Positions 21,288 to 30,333 of a stretch of DNA of 64,000 bases are shown here, one piece after another; the stretch's first letter is position 1; the number at the start of each line of letters is the position of its first letter. The position numbers and the translations under genes are program-made. The notes under the pieces are model-generated. The model saw nothing but the letters and a program-made list of their open reading frames with translations. It was not told where the DNA came from and ran no database searches. Where the stretch lies: positions 47,325-111,324 of the IMG/VR virus record IMGVR_UViG_3300025598_000023. One strand, given 5' to 3'. Source of the stretch: a virus.

Positions 21288-22584
21288 TTTTTGTGTAGCA
21301 CCGTGGACACATACATATATCTCACCTCAAGGTGAACGCCGTTTATGCTGTGCATCACGTGAACCTGCACAGAACTTTAAACAATATATTGATACCGCTG
21401 GTGGTAATGGACAATTTAATCCGCTTACATTAAAGGAATGGTGGAATGGTGAACATATTAGGGAAATTAGAAAACAATGGTTGTCTGGTGAAGTTCCTTC
21501 TGCATGTGAAGTCTGTGATAAGAAGTTACTTAATACCTCTGTTTATCGCGATTACTTTGGTCACTTGTTTGGTCATATTAGATCAGATATACAAGCTAAT
21601 ACTGATGCTGATGGTTATACAACTTTAGAACCAATCTCATGGGACTATCGTTATAGTAATGTATGCAACTTCAAATGTCGCATGTGTGGCGATATGTTAA
21701 GCAGCGCGTGGGAAGTTGAAGTTCGCAAAAATTCTATGGTTGATTTGTCTAATCCAAAGAATTATTGGATGCAACCAAAGAACCGCCATGCTATCCGTGA
21801 TTTTACTCGTGATGTTGTAATACCAGAATTTAAACAAGCCATTGAAAACAAAAGTGTGCGCGAAATTTACTGGGTAGGTGGCGAACCACTACTTTATGAT
21901 GAGCACTGGACATTCATGCGCCGTATAATTGAATTGGGGTATGCAGATCAAGTTCGTGTGCGATATAATACTAATTTAAGTTATTGCAAAGATTCGCAAG
22001 GAACACTTTGGGATTTATTGCAACACTTTCCGCATTGGGAAATATGTGCAAGTTTAGATGGAACAGGAGCGATTGGTGAATATATTAGAACTGGCCTTGA
22101 CTATGATATGTTTTTACAAAATTTTAGACACGGTGTTGAACAATCAAAACATCCTCGTCAGATGCGTATCGACTTTACTCTTACTACCCCTGGGTTATTT
22201 GATTTGGAAAATATCATCGCTCTTGCTGATGAACTGAATGTTGAATTATTAAGTAAGGTAGTATTTGCTTTCTCGCCTGACATACTAATAAGCCCCTTGG
22301 CACTACCTAGAATGGTGCTAGAACCACTTTTAGATGGTATACAGAAGCGTATTAAACCGCTCATTACTCGTCGCACACAAAGTTTATGGGATGTTCTAGA
22401 ACATCTTAAAACTCGTCCTACATTTGCAGAACAGTTTTCTGATACCTATAAACGTGAGGCAATTCGTGGTAAAACGCATCTTTTAAAATTGGAATCTATT
22501 CGCAAAGATGCTAAAATAAAAATGGAAGATATTCTATCAAGTGAACCAACTGTTCTATCATGGTGGAATTCTATTGGTGAATAA
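21280..22584 (+). CDS. Radical SAM protein with N-terminal twitch domain
   Basis: CNFKCRMC, VGGEP, YNTN; CVAPW..LCC..CEVC. ATG at 21280 preferred. Confidence 0.85.
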   Translation: MNDFCVAPWTHTYISPQGERRLCCASREPAQNFKQYIDTAGGNGQFNPLTLKEWWNGEHIREIRKQWLSGEVPSACEVCDKKLLNTSVYRDYFGHLFGHIRSDIQANTDADGYTTLEPISWDYRYSNVCNFKCRMCGDMLSSAWEVEVRKNSMVDLSNPKNYWMQPKNRHAIRDFTRDVVIPEFKQAIENKSVREIYWVGGEPLLYDEHWTFMRRIIELGYADQVRVRYNTNLSYCKDSQGTLWDLLQHFPHWEICASLDGTGAIGEYIRTGLDYDMFLQNFRHGVEQSKHPRQMRIDFTLTTPGLFDLENIIALADELNVELLSKVVFAFSPDILISPLALPRMVLEPLLDGIQKRIKPLITRRTQSLWDVLEHLKTRPTFAEQFSDTYKREAIRGKTHLLKLESIRKDAKIKMEDILSSEPTVLSWWNSIGE

Positions 22585-22798
22585 CATGATAGAAGATTGT
22601 GGTAAGTGCTATGAATGTCTTAAAAGTAAAACGATTAAGATGCGTTTTAAAGATGATAGTTATTATGATATGCCTATAGTTAATACTCGCATGATACTTT
22701 GCGTGGAATGTGGCAATAAGCGTTGCCCACATGCTACCGACCATCGTTTTACGTGCACTGGAAGTAATGAGCCAGGTCAAATAGGAAGCCGATACTAA
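22577..22798 (+). CDS. Small Cys-rich (Zn-binding-like) phage protein
   Basis: CGKCYEC...LCVECGNKRCPHATDHRFTCTGSNEPGQ. Start at GTG 22577 or ATG 22586. Confidence 0.55.
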   Translation: MNNMIEDCGKCYECLKSKTIKMRFKDDSYYDMPIVNTRMILCVECGNKRCPHATDHRFTCTGSNEPGQIGSRY

Positions 22799-23904
22799 TG
22801 ACTGTTATAATGACCCTTCGCAATCCTTTAAATAAAGAAGATTTATTGCCTGTAATTATTGAACCTAATGAAACACAGTTAGCAGTAGATTGGATGGCTG
22901 CATTAAAAGTAGAACTACAGCGCAATAGTATTTTAGAAAAGAATTATTGTTGGCACGGTTGGCCAAATGGCGCAAGAAACCTAGAGTATCTTACTAGTGA
23001 ATTAAGTCGTCATGCGTTAAACATTTGGAAGTATAATGAACTCGGCATATGGCAAAGTGCTGGTTTAGCTAATATAAAAATTGAAACTGTTTATACACCA
23101 GAAACAGTTATGTTGCCATTAACTGAAGTAAAAAACAGTGGTGGTCCAAATCATGATGTTATGAATATCGTGCATAATTACTTTGAACATTTACAAGGCA
23201 CGGTTGAAAATTTAAGTCCATATTACAAACTAGCTCCACCAAATATCAAATATAGTATAAGACAACTAAACAATCTTTGCCATGAAATTGAAACACTATG
23301 TTTAAGTTTGCGAAAGCAGAAACATAATCCAGATTGGGTTCGTCCAAGCCAAATAACAACATTTCTGAATACCGTTCGTTATAATTTAACAGATGAACAT
23401 CGCAATGGGTTTATAACTAATGGTTATGACCGTAAATTTGCTCATGTTTATATGCATTGGACACAAATTGGTAAAACGCTAATGGAGGTATTCCGTGATG
23501 AAGGTGCTCCCATTTTAGATCAAGCTACATGCGATGCCATCACACATTTGCAATATTACAGTGGAGAGTTTGATATTGAGTGGGGTCGTGATGTTTGTTA
23601 TGGAAAACATGATTGGCATACACGCGAGATTGATGCTTTTAATAAATGGTTGCGGCGTGAAGGTTACAATCCAACTGATACATCACTAAGTCTTGGTTAT
23701 CTGGAACTTGGTTCTATAAATTTAGAAAAAAGTTTTGGAACAACTGATATTACAAAGATTTGGGATATAATGGGTAACTATCTTGACATATATAGTCTTG
23801 AAGTTGATGGACAAACCGCTGTTTACGATTACATTTGGAGTGATGAAGATCACGAACAACGCCAAATTAATTATTTGATGCCTGGTTACAATAGTCATGT
23901 TTGA
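22798..23904 (+). CDS. Hypothetical protein
   Basis: 368 aa, TAATG-coupled; HNYFE and LNNLCHEIE motifs. Confidence 0.6.
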   Translation: MTVIMTLRNPLNKEDLLPVIIEPNETQLAVDWMAALKVELQRNSILEKNYCWHGWPNGARNLEYLTSELSRHALNIWKYNELGIWQSAGLANIKIETVYTPETVMLPLTEVKNSGGPNHDVMNIVHNYFEHLQGTVENLSPYYKLAPPNIKYSIRQLNNLCHEIETLCLSLRKQKHNPDWVRPSQITTFLNTVRYNLTDEHRNGFITNGYDRKFAHVYMHWTQIGKTLMEVFRDEGAPILDQATCDAITHLQYYSGEFDIEWGRDVCYGKHDWHTREIDAFNKWLRREGYNPTDTSLSLGYLELGSINLEKSFGTTDITKIWDIMGNYLDIYSLEVDGQTAVYDYIWSDEDHEQRQINYLMPGYNSHV

Positions 23905-26803
23905 TACCTATTGGTATGATTATGCAGATTGCAATGATATTAAAGAATTAATTGCCAAAGCAATTGCTTCCAGTCGCACCGAATATATTTGGCTGCGTCA
24001 TCGTGCAGTAGATTATACTAATTTTAATTTACGATTTATTCCACCGCGACATCAATCAAACATGTTGCATGCTTGGGCAAGTCATGATAATCCAAAATGT
24101 TACACAACGTGGTTAATACCAATTGAAAATTATGGTGAGATATTTTATCACGATGGTATATTACCTATTGTACAACAACCAACTTGGACAACAAGCGAAC
24201 AAGTATTATATGATGGTTTTAATTTTAATTGGTACCCTGATGTATGGGATTGGGATAAACAACATCACTTTGCAATGGATGGCACTACTCAATTATCTTA
24301 CACAAGTGTAGGAAATGGCAATGAAGTAAAATATCATATTAGCAACTTGCGTTTTAAATCTATAGGTGTTTGGTATGATACAGATATTATAGATGATTCA
24401 CCTTATGAATGGAATTGGATTGCAGATAATCGTATTGACTATACCGATTTTAATTGGAACTGGTTGCCTGATAGATGGGATGCAGATAAAATACATGAAT
24501 TTTGTATGTGGGGCGCGGAACAATTATCTTATACACGATTAATGCGTCGAAATTGTAAAAAAGAAAAAGTCTATCACTCCTCATATCTTACTTTTAAGAA
24601 TATTCCTAAATTGCATCAATTAGAATCTATAGATAGCGAGTGGATTTGGATTATTGACGAGCGTATAGATTATAGCAACTTTAATTTTAATTGGTTGCCG
24701 CCAGCGTGGGATATTAACAAAACACATGCGTTTGTCATGAGTGGCACAACACAACTTGCCTATACTTTTTTACACAATACAAAGCATGCAAGCAAACAAA
24801 TAAAGTATCATATAACAGATTTAAAATTTGATGCTACAAAACAAAATGATGAATGGGTTTGGGAAACAGATGAACGCATAGATTATAGTCATTTTGATTT
24901 TGATTGGTTACCAGATGCATGGGATGCAAATAAAACTCATGCTTTTGCTATGCATGGAACCGAACAGTTGTGCTATACTTTTTTACGCAATACAAAAGTT
25001 GAAAGTGTTGAAACAAAATATCATAAAACAGATTTGCGATTCAAAAGTGATATTGAAAATGATGAATGGGTTTGGATTAAAGACGATAGAATAGATTATA
25101 GTGATTTTGATTTTGATTGGTTACCTGATGCGTGGGATGCCGATAAAACACACGTATTTTGTATGGCTGGCACAAAACATCTAGGATATACTAAACTTAT
25201 AAACACCAATATTAAAAATCCCAAAATAATTTATCACAGCAGTAATTTAAAATTTTTACCACAAGTGCGTCCAGTCATTTATTGGCAAGATTACACTAAT
25301 AGTTTTAATTTAGAAACGTTTAAATCATTAGCAATGGGAAGTGAATGGACATGGATTGCTGATCGTCGCATTGATTATAGCGATTGGGACTTTGATTGGT
25401 TACCTGATGGATGGGATACGAATTATATTCATTGTTTTACAATGAAAGACAAAGAACAATTAAGTTATACTATTCTTATTCACAGAGATGCAATTACAAA
25501 TTTCGTAGATTACAAATATCACACAGCACAGCTACAGTTCAATGATACACATGCTGACATGTGTTTAATTAACACGAACTCATTTGATAATACTATTACG
25601 CAAGACTTTCAAGTTCGTTTAATTACAACAATGGAAGAAGCAATCAAAGCTGCTGTTGCAAAAAGTAAACGTGAATGGTTATGGCTTTATAGTGATTGTT
25701 GTGAATATGATGGTTTTGATTGGTCATGGTTGCCAGACCTTGATCAACGTGAACAAGTGCATTGTTGGCCAAGTGGAACTTGTGAAAAAGGCGATACATT
25801 TTTAATACACGTTCCAAGTTTTAATCCTAATAAAATTAAGTATAATTTTGAACATAGTGCAGTTATCAGAAAAAAATGGACACTTGTCAATTATAAAGAG
25901 GACAATTTAGCCCAAGCCTTACAATACAAAAGCAGTGCAATATACACTATTTTTTGCAAGGAGACTATAGGTAATATTCCTGATGTTTGTTTATGGGATA
26001 AGCGACCTATAATATCTTTAAACAATTCCAATAGTTCAAGTTTAGTGCCTCGTGATTGTATAGTAAAAAAAGAAATATACGAGTATCCGCATCTTATGAA
26101 AATATCAGAAGATATAAAAACACAATATGATATTGTTTTTATAAGTTATGACGAAGTTCAAGCAGATGAAAATTATGTTAAATTATTAGAATCATATCCA
26201 CATGCCAAACGAGTGCATGGTGTAGAAGGAATGGAAAATGCATTGGCTGCTGCAGCTAAATGTAGCAATACTGACTATTTTTATGCTGTTTTTGCTAAAA
26301 CAAAATTATATGAAAGTTGGGATTTTACAACCGAACCAGATTACTGGCGTGATCCTCGCAACTATATCTTTTATGCTATTAATACATCAAATGATTTGGT
26401 ATACGGTGAAATGGGAATTGTTTTGTATAACAAAAAATTCTTACTTACTGCGCCATCTTACGATGAATTAGGAATAGATTTTACTATGAGTTTTCCAGTT
26501 CAGGTAATTCCACAAATTAGTGCCTATGGAGAATTTGCCACTGACCCTTATCGTGCATGGAGAACTGCTTTTCGTGAAACATGTAAGTTAGCATACTTTA
26601 ATAGCCAAAAATCATGCATTGAAACTCAATATCGTATTAACCAATGGAAAACTTATGCTCATGGTGAACATGCAGAAGACGTTTTAAGAGGTGCCAATGA
26701 TGGATATCAATATTTTATTGAAAATAGTGACGATTTGTCAGCACTTAAGAAAACATTTCGTTGGGATTGGCTCAAGAATTATTATAATTCCAAATACAAC
26801 TAA
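23897..26803 (+). CDS. Trp/Asp-rich repeat protein with C-terminal glycosyltransferase-like domain
   Basis: About 8 copies of W.D.RIDY..FDF.WLPD.WD...H.F. C-terminal ~225 aa homologous to 14097..15035. Confidence 0.7.
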   Translation: MFDTYWYDYADCNDIKELIAKAIASSRTEYIWLRHRAVDYTNFNLRFIPPRHQSNMLHAWASHDNPKCYTTWLIPIENYGEIFYHDGILPIVQQPTWTTSEQVLYDGFNFNWYPDVWDWDKQHHFAMDGTTQLSYTSVGNGNEVKYHISNLRFKSIGVWYDTDIIDDSPYEWNWIADNRIDYTDFNWNWLPDRWDADKIHEFCMWGAEQLSYTRLMRRNCKKEKVYHSSYLTFKNIPKLHQLESIDSEWIWIIDERIDYSNFNFNWLPPAWDINKTHAFVMSGTTQLAYTFLHNTKHASKQIKYHITDLKFDATKQNDEWVWETDERIDYSHFDFDWLPDAWDANKTHAFAMHGTEQLCYTFLRNTKVESVETKYHKTDLRFKSDIENDEWVWIKDDRIDYSDFDFDWLPDAWDADKTHVFCMAGTKHLGYTKLINTNIKNPKIIYHSSNLKFLPQVRPVIYWQDYTNSFNLETFKSLAMGSEWTWIADRRIDYSDWDFDWLPDGWDTNYIHCFTMKDKEQLSYTILIHRDAITNFVDYKYHTAQLQFNDTHADMCLINTNSFDNTITQDFQVRLITTMEEAIKAAVAKSKREWLWLYSDCCEYDGFDWSWLPDLDQREQVHCWPSGTCEKGDTFLIHVPSFNPNKIKYNFEHSAVIRKKWTLVNYKEDNLAQALQYKSSAIYTIFCKETIGNIPDVCLWDKRPIISLNNSNSSSLVPRDCIVKKEIYEYPHLMKISEDIKTQYDIVFISYDEVQADENYVKLLESYPHAKRVHGVEGMENALAAAAKCSNTDYFYAVFAKTKLYESWDFTTEPDYWRDPRNYIFYAINTSNDLVYGEMGIVLYNKKFLLTAPSYDELGIDFTMSFPVQVIPQISAYGEFATDPYRAWRTAFRETCKLAYFNSQKSCIETQYRINQWKTYAHGEHAEDVLRGANDGYQYFIENSDDLSALKKTFRWDWLKNYYNSKYN
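24844..25200 (+). repeat. Intragenic ~213-bp tandem repeat (71-aa period)
   Basis: aaatgatgaatgggtttgg...atagattatagt.attttgattttgattggttacc.gatgc.tgggatgc occurs at 24844 and 25057. Confidence 0.75.
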
Positions 26804-27851
26804 CAATATATTCAAGTTCACTTTGTTTAAGTTGCGCAAAAACTGGCAAACTCAAACAAGTGGCTGCTAATTCTTCACTACTTGGCAATTGTAATAAACT
26901 TTTATAAACTGGTTGCTGATGTAATGCTAAAGGAAATTGTAGTCCAGTTTCAATTCCATGTTCTGCTAGATACTGACGTAAAACATCTCTGCTAGGTGAA
27001 ACAATTACAAATTGATTCCATACATGATCGCTATACGGATTGGTAAGAGGTAATATAATTCCGCTGCCTGCAAGATTTTCCAAATAATATCTTGCATTAA
27101 TATCACGTTGTTTATTCCACTTTTTAAGAAATGGAATTTTTGCAGTAACTATTGCTGCTTGCATAGCATCAAGCCGTTCATTGTATCCAATGCCAGTATG
27201 AATATACTTTTCTGTTCGAGCATGGTCTCTGTAGTATCTAATCTTTTCGCATACCTCAACGGAGCCAGTAACAGCGCCAGCGTCTCCCATTGCACTTAAA
27301 TTTTTACCAGGATAAAAACTATAACAAGTTGCATATACAAAATCATTGACATCAACTAGAGTGTTATAACATACTGCGCTTTGTGCTGCATCACGAATAA
27401 GCGGAATACCAACGCTTACGCTGCGCAGTTTTTCAATATCAATAGTTTGCCCATATAAATCAACAAATATTATAGCTTTTGTTTTTTCTGTAATTGCTGT
27501 GGCAACAGCATCAATATTAATTGTATAGTATTGATCTATATCAACAAAGATTGGAGTAGCACCAAGTTGGCTTACGACTTCTGCGGTGCTCATAAAACTC
27601 ATTGCTGGCACAATTACTTCATCGCCGCTGCCAATCCCCAAACTCAACAAAGATAAAAATAGTGCACTTGTTCCACTGCTGGTTCCAGCACAATCTTTAT
27701 TATCGGTATAATTTGCCCATGCAACTTCAAATTGTTTAACTGCATCTCCGCCAATAAAATTACTATTGGCAATACAATTTCTTATAGCATTATCTATTTC
27801 ATATTGACATTCTTTATATTCTGCATACAAGTTTGCATATGGTATTTTCAT
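26772..27851 (-). CDS. DegT/DnrJ/EryC1/StrS PLP aminotransferase (DesV/EryCI-like)
   Basis: SGTSAL, GDEVIVP, DAAQS, SFYPGKNLSAMGDAGAV, GYNERLD. Start at ATG 27851 (ATGA overlap). Confidence 0.9.
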   Translation of the reverse strand: MKIPYANLYAEYKECQYEIDNAIRNCIANSNFIGGDAVKQFEVAWANYTDNKDCAGTSSGTSALFLSLLSLGIGSGDEVIVPAMSFMSTAEVVSQLGATPIFVDIDQYYTINIDAVATAITEKTKAIIFVDLYGQTIDIEKLRSVSVGIPLIRDAAQSAVCYNTLVDVNDFVYATCYSFYPGKNLSAMGDAGAVTGSVEVCEKIRYYRDHARTEKYIHTGIGYNERLDAMQAAIVTAKIPFLKKWNKQRDINARYYLENLAGSGIILPLTNPYSDHVWNQFVIVSPSRDVLRQYLAEHGIETGLQFPLALHQQPVYKSLLQLPSSEELAATCLSLPVFAQLKQSELEYIVSCIWNYNNS

Positions 27852-29221
27852 CCTCGTATCCTTACTGGTCCAATTGACCAATCAATGCCATATTCTGCGT
27901 CATCTCGTGCTTGATTGATTAATAAACTTATTACATGGTCAAAAGCATCAAGAAATCCAACATCCTGTGGCAATGCACGAATTTTCTTTTTATTGTTTAC
28001 GAAAACTTTTGTAACTTCTTCAACTGATGAACCTGCGATATTTCCAATAATGTAACGATCACTGCCTGGTCTATCTAAAAATCCACTTTCGTGATAAACA
28101 TAAACATTGCCTTTTACATCTACGGCAACTGAAACTTGTGGAAAACTTTCTGGAATAATTTCATCCCAATTAATCATCCGCAAACTACCTACATTTTTAT
28201 TATATTTTAACGGCTCAAGCGCATAACCTAAATCAAAATGGGTAGACCAGTTTTTTTTAAAATCATCAATAAGTTTGAATATATCCATTAACTCGCCGCG
28301 CTCGGCATCACTTATTGTACGAATATTTTGACTAAAATCTTCACGCAGTGTAACAAAATCTATTGGTGTTGCGCATTGCTCGTTAATATAATTTATAATT
28401 TTTAAGAGTTCTTTAACATCATTTGCATGTCCTGGCAAAATAATCCAGTTTATACCAACTTTTGTTTTGGCAGCACGTTTTTTAAATTCAATAATATTAT
28501 TAATAATATGTGCAAAACTCTGGCGATTCTTTGTAACAGCATAAGCAGTGTCTTCACTAACGCCATATAAACTAAATCTAACGGCTTCTAAATCTAACAT
28601 ACCAGGATGTTTATCAAGATAACGAGCAGTCATCATATTACCATTAGTATACAACTGCATATTATATCCACGTTGTGCACCATGCGTTATTATATCACCA
28701 AGGTATGGGTTTGTTAGTGGTTCAAGACCGCCGCTTATGCGAAATCTATCTTGCCAATTAACATCTGTTTGTGGGTCTTGGTCAATAATTTGATAAAAAT
28801 AATCACGACCAATTTCTGCATATTTGTTTTCATATTTTGCAACAGGATTGCGTCCACAAAAACCGCAATAAAACATACAACTCAAACCAGTGTATAAACC
28901 AATACGATTTGGATACATCCAACGTCTTTCAATAGCAGATTGCAAAGTGTTGGTTTTTAACAATGGCATAATGGTGTTAGTCCAATATTTTGTTCCTACC
29001 CCATTATGCAAAATTCTATGCTGAGCATCATCGCTATTGCGAATTTCCTCATTAATTTTTTTATGATATTCAAGATTAAAATTATATAACTTAGCAATGC
29101 TTCTTTGACTAATAAAAGGATCATCAGCAAGCATTTGTATAACTTTTTCTGCATCATCAGATAATGCATGATTTTCTATAATATCAGTTGTGGTATCTTT
29201 GTGTTTATAACCAAGTCTCAT
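27848..29221 (-). CDS. desII: DesII-like radical SAM (TDP-4-amino-4,6-dideoxyglucose ammonia-lyase family)
   Basis: IGLYTGLSCMFYCGFC, SGGLEPLTNP, SLYG, IDFVTLREDFS, GYAL, PQVSVAVD..GNVYVYHESGF, FLDAFD are collinear with DesII motifs as I recall them. Confidence 0.8.
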   Translation of the reverse strand: MRLGYKHKDTTTDIIENHALSDDAEKVIQMLADDPFISQRSIAKLYNFNLEYHKKINEEIRNSDDAQHRILHNGVGTKYWTNTIMPLLKTNTLQSAIERRWMYPNRIGLYTGLSCMFYCGFCGRNPVAKYENKYAEIGRDYFYQIIDQDPQTDVNWQDRFRISGGLEPLTNPYLGDIITHGAQRGYNMQLYTNGNMMTARYLDKHPGMLDLEAVRFSLYGVSEDTAYAVTKNRQSFAHIINNIIEFKKRAAKTKVGINWIILPGHANDVKELLKIINYINEQCATPIDFVTLREDFSQNIRTISDAERGELMDIFKLIDDFKKNWSTHFDLGYALEPLKYNKNVGSLRMINWDEIIPESFPQVSVAVDVKGNVYVYHESGFLDRPGSDRYIIGNIAGSSVEEVTKVFVNNKKKIRALPQDVGFLDAFDHVISLLINQARDDAEYGIDWSIGPVRIRG

Positions 29222-30333
29222 TATAATGAATTTATCACAGTTTGTATAACTGTGTCAACTTGTTCATCAGTTAAGTGCCAGTGACTTGGTAAACTTATAA
29301 TACGTTCGTTATTAGTAATATATTCTGCATGTGGACACAATTGATAACCATAAGATTTTACAAATGGTTCACGATTAAGTGGTCTTGAATAATGGCTACT
29401 ATATTCTATGTCGGCAGCCTTTAATGCTGCCTTGACACTATCTTGACGTAATGGTGCTATGCTAAATGAATAATAATTCCATGTTCCCCATTGTTGTCGC
29501 AATGGTAAATCTAATGCTTTAGCATAATTTATAAATTCATTATAATAACGTTTGCAAATTGAAAGTTTTCTTGGTAAATGATCTTCATAGTAAGGAACTT
29601 TTGCTACAAGCGTAGACGCTTGTGTTGATAACATACGAAAGTTAAGACCAGGCAATTCTATTTGACCATAAGGACCACCTTCAATTTTACCCATTGTGCA
29701 TGTGCCATTTAATATAGATGGATGAATTGTTTTACTTACGATAGCACCACCGCCACTGCCGCCAAGATTCTTGAGTGGATTAAAACTTAAACAAATAGCA
29801 TCAGCAATAGTTTGGTCATATTCGTTTGAACATAATCCAAAACTATGAGCAGCATCAATAATCCATTTTATATTATGGTCATCGCACCATTTGCGAACAC
29901 GGGTTAGATCAACGCCTTGACCATATAAATCAACAGTGATAAGAGTGCTTATTTCTTCACCATACTTGGCATACATTTCATCAAGTAGTTCAATATCCAA
30001 CAACCAACTACTATCAATATCAACAAAGGTTGGGATACAACCTACTGCCATGACTGCTTGTGCAGTAGCTGCATATGTTAGTGCTGGCAACAACACTCTA
30101 CTACCGCACTTTGTATATAGTGCCATAAGTGCAGCTATAAGTGAACTGGTTCCGCTATTAGTAAGTTCAACATGAGCATTATTATACTTTACACGAATAT
30201 ATCGTGCAACAGCATCGTGTGCATTACCACTATAAAATTGCCCACTTTTAAAAGCAGATTGCATACCACCAAGTATGTAACCTTTACAATCTTCGTATTG
30301 TTCTTTAAGATTGTAATAATTTATTGATGCCAT
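29221..30333 (-). CDS. DegT/DnrJ/EryC1/StrS PLP aminotransferase (possible DesI-type)
   Basis: NSGTSSL, TYAAT, DAAHSFG, SFNPLKNLGG.GGGAIV, GLNFRM, ISLP. Confidence 0.85.
   Translation of the reverse strand: MASINYYNLKEQYEDCKGYILGGMQSAFKSGQFYSGNAHDAVARYIRVKYNNAHVELTNSGTSSLIAALMALYTKCGSRVLLPALTYAATAQAVMAVGCIPTFVDIDSSWLLDIELLDEMYAKYGEEISTLITVDLYGQGVDLTRVRKWCDDHNIKWIIDAAHSFGLCSNEYDQTIADAICLSFNPLKNLGGSGGGAIVSKTIHPSILNGTCTMGKIEGGPYGQIELPGLNFRMLSTQASTLVAKVPYYEDHLPRKLSICKRYYNEFINYAKALDLPLRQQWGTWNYYSFSIAPLRQDSVKAALKAADIEYSSHYSRPLNREPFVKSYGYQLCPHAEYITNNERIISLPSHWHLTDEQVDTVIQTVINSL

Noticed and set aside
23897-25800. Repeats as a CRISPR array or DGR template/variable repeat pair
   Set aside because: The repeats are in-frame and degenerate at synonymous sites, with no spacer pattern, no adenine-specific bias evident, and no cas or reverse transcriptase gene in the window.
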